A DNA stretch of 64,000 nt, taken from the IMG/VR virus record IMGVR_UViG_3300020202_000062, positions 1-64,000 of that record. The stretch is one strand, 5' to 3'. This DNA comes from a virus. Of the stretch, positions 62,972 to 64,000 are shown piece by piece. The notes below the pieces were generated by a model. The model saw only the letters and a list, made by a program, of their open reading frames with translations, was not told the DNA's origin and did no database searches. The position numbers and the translations under genes were made by a program. Each line of letters starts with the position of its first letter. The first letter of the stretch is position 1.

Positions 62972-64000
62972 CTAAACCATATTCTCGATGTTATTGAGGG
63001 CAACGATGGTTTGCAGCCTATCTTCTACTTCGATAGAAGTGCTAGCCTTAAACTTGATCGTTACCCTGTGAGTCCCTTCGGGGTATTCGTAATACACCGG
63101 AGAGTCACCATTCACGCTATTGATTATAGCACTTATCTTGTGAATCTGCTGCTCTGTCAACTTAGAATTACCCTTCAAGAAGATGGGCCTGCTACCCCTT
63201 AGGTATGCGGCGTCCATCTTAGAGAAATCCAAGTAGTATATCTTGTAGATCGCACTCTCATCTTCGCCCTCCTTAGCAACCGTACCTTGTAGGATTCCGA
63301 TTTCGCCTGTCTGGAAGAAGTCCTCTGAGACCTTGTCGGCATTGTTGGGGAATACGATTACCTCAACCTCGCCGGTAAGATCACTGAACGTCAAGTAGTA
63401 CATCTTCTTGCCGCTCTTGGTTGTCTTCTTCTTTACTGATGTTATGATTCCGGCGACCTTCACAATACCCATCGTCTCTTCTAGGTCAGACAAGACTGTG
63501 TTGGTCTGGTTCTCTAGGTAATCCCACACCTCCAATAGAGGATGGTCTGTTACGTAGATGCCCAACTCATCCTTCTCGCGATTCAAGAGATCAATCTTGA
63601 TCTGCCTGTCTACTCTGGGCTGCTTGAACCAGTCAGGAATGATTTCGTCAAAGGCACCTGAGCCTGCAAGGTGGTCCATAGTTCTCTTATTGAGTAGGAC
63701 TGGATCACACTTACGTAGGAAGTCATAGATGCTCGTGTACTCCCTGTCTTCTTCTCTCAGCATGGCGTTAACCATAGCGTCACCCATACCTTCAATAGCG
63801 CCAAGACCAAAGAGAATCTGCTTCTCTCCTGAGACTGTGAAATCTCTCTCTGAGCGCCTGATAGATGGCGACTGAACCTCTAGACCTAGCCTTCTGCACT
63901 CGTTCAAGTAGAGCGACAACTTGTCCTTACTGTCCGTAACACTAGACAGTAGGGCGGCCATATACTCTTCTGGGTAATGAGTCTTCAGGTAGGCCGTAAC
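62972..64000 (-). CDS. dnaE: DNA polymerase III alpha subunit (C-terminal part; 5' end outside window)
   Basis: TAYLKTHYPEEYMAALL, I.FGL.AI.G.G, E...LG.Y...HPL, OB fold D.TGEVE...F. Confidence 0.95.
   Translation of the reverse strand, partial: VTAYLKTHYPEEYMAALLSSVTDSKDKLSLYLNECRRLGLEVQSPSIRRSERDFTVSGEKQILFGLGAIEGMGDAMVNAMLREEDREYTSIYDFLRKCDPVLLNKRTMDHLAGSGAFDEIIPDWFKQPRVDRQIKIDLLNREKDELGIYVTDHPLLEVWDYLENQTNTVLSDLEETMGIVKVAGIITSVKKKTTKSGKKMYYLTFSDLTGEVEVIVFPNNADKVSEDFFQTGEIGILQGTVAKEGEDESAIYKIYYLDFSKMDAAYLRGSRPIFLKGNSKLTEQQIHKISAIINSVNGDSPVYYEYPEGTHRVTIKFKASTSIEVEDRLQTIVALNNIENMV

Overview
A 64 kb segment of a large lytic bacteriophage genome. The host is probably an actinobacterium, judged from WhiB, DUF1876- and DUF5925-type proteins, a mycobacteriophage-style amidase and leaderless-type promoters. 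From left to right the window holds: (i) an NAD salvage operon (pncA, pnuC, nadR, nicotinate PRTase) with a GNAT and a sirtuin nearby; (ii) a first tRNA cluster with a tmRNA and a Thg1-like gene; (iii) a core region with TrmH, AAA ATPases, RNase H, WhiB and a complete ubiquitin-like conjugation cassette (ThiF E1, four Prok-E2_D-like E2s, a JAB peptidase with a probable programmed -1 frameshift, and a Ubl ending in KG); (iv) SSB, UDG-like and thioredoxin genes; (v) a second tRNA cluster with RNA ligase, phosphoesterases, a Pth2-like gene interrupted by an amber codon, an amber-suppressor tRNA and several tRNA-like RNAs whose anticodon or D arms are deleted or replaced by structured inserts; (vi) a mostly minus-strand block with lysis genes, guaB, a sigma factor, HNH and PD-(D/E)XK nucleases and the 3' part of dnaE. 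The main candidates for undescribed biology are the multi-E2 Ubl system with a frameshifted JAB, the tRNA-scaffold and anticodon-less RNAs, amber-gated Pth, and ORFs that start 2-4 nt after tRNA 3' ends. All calls come from reading motifs and base-pairing by eye; no searches or folding programs were run.
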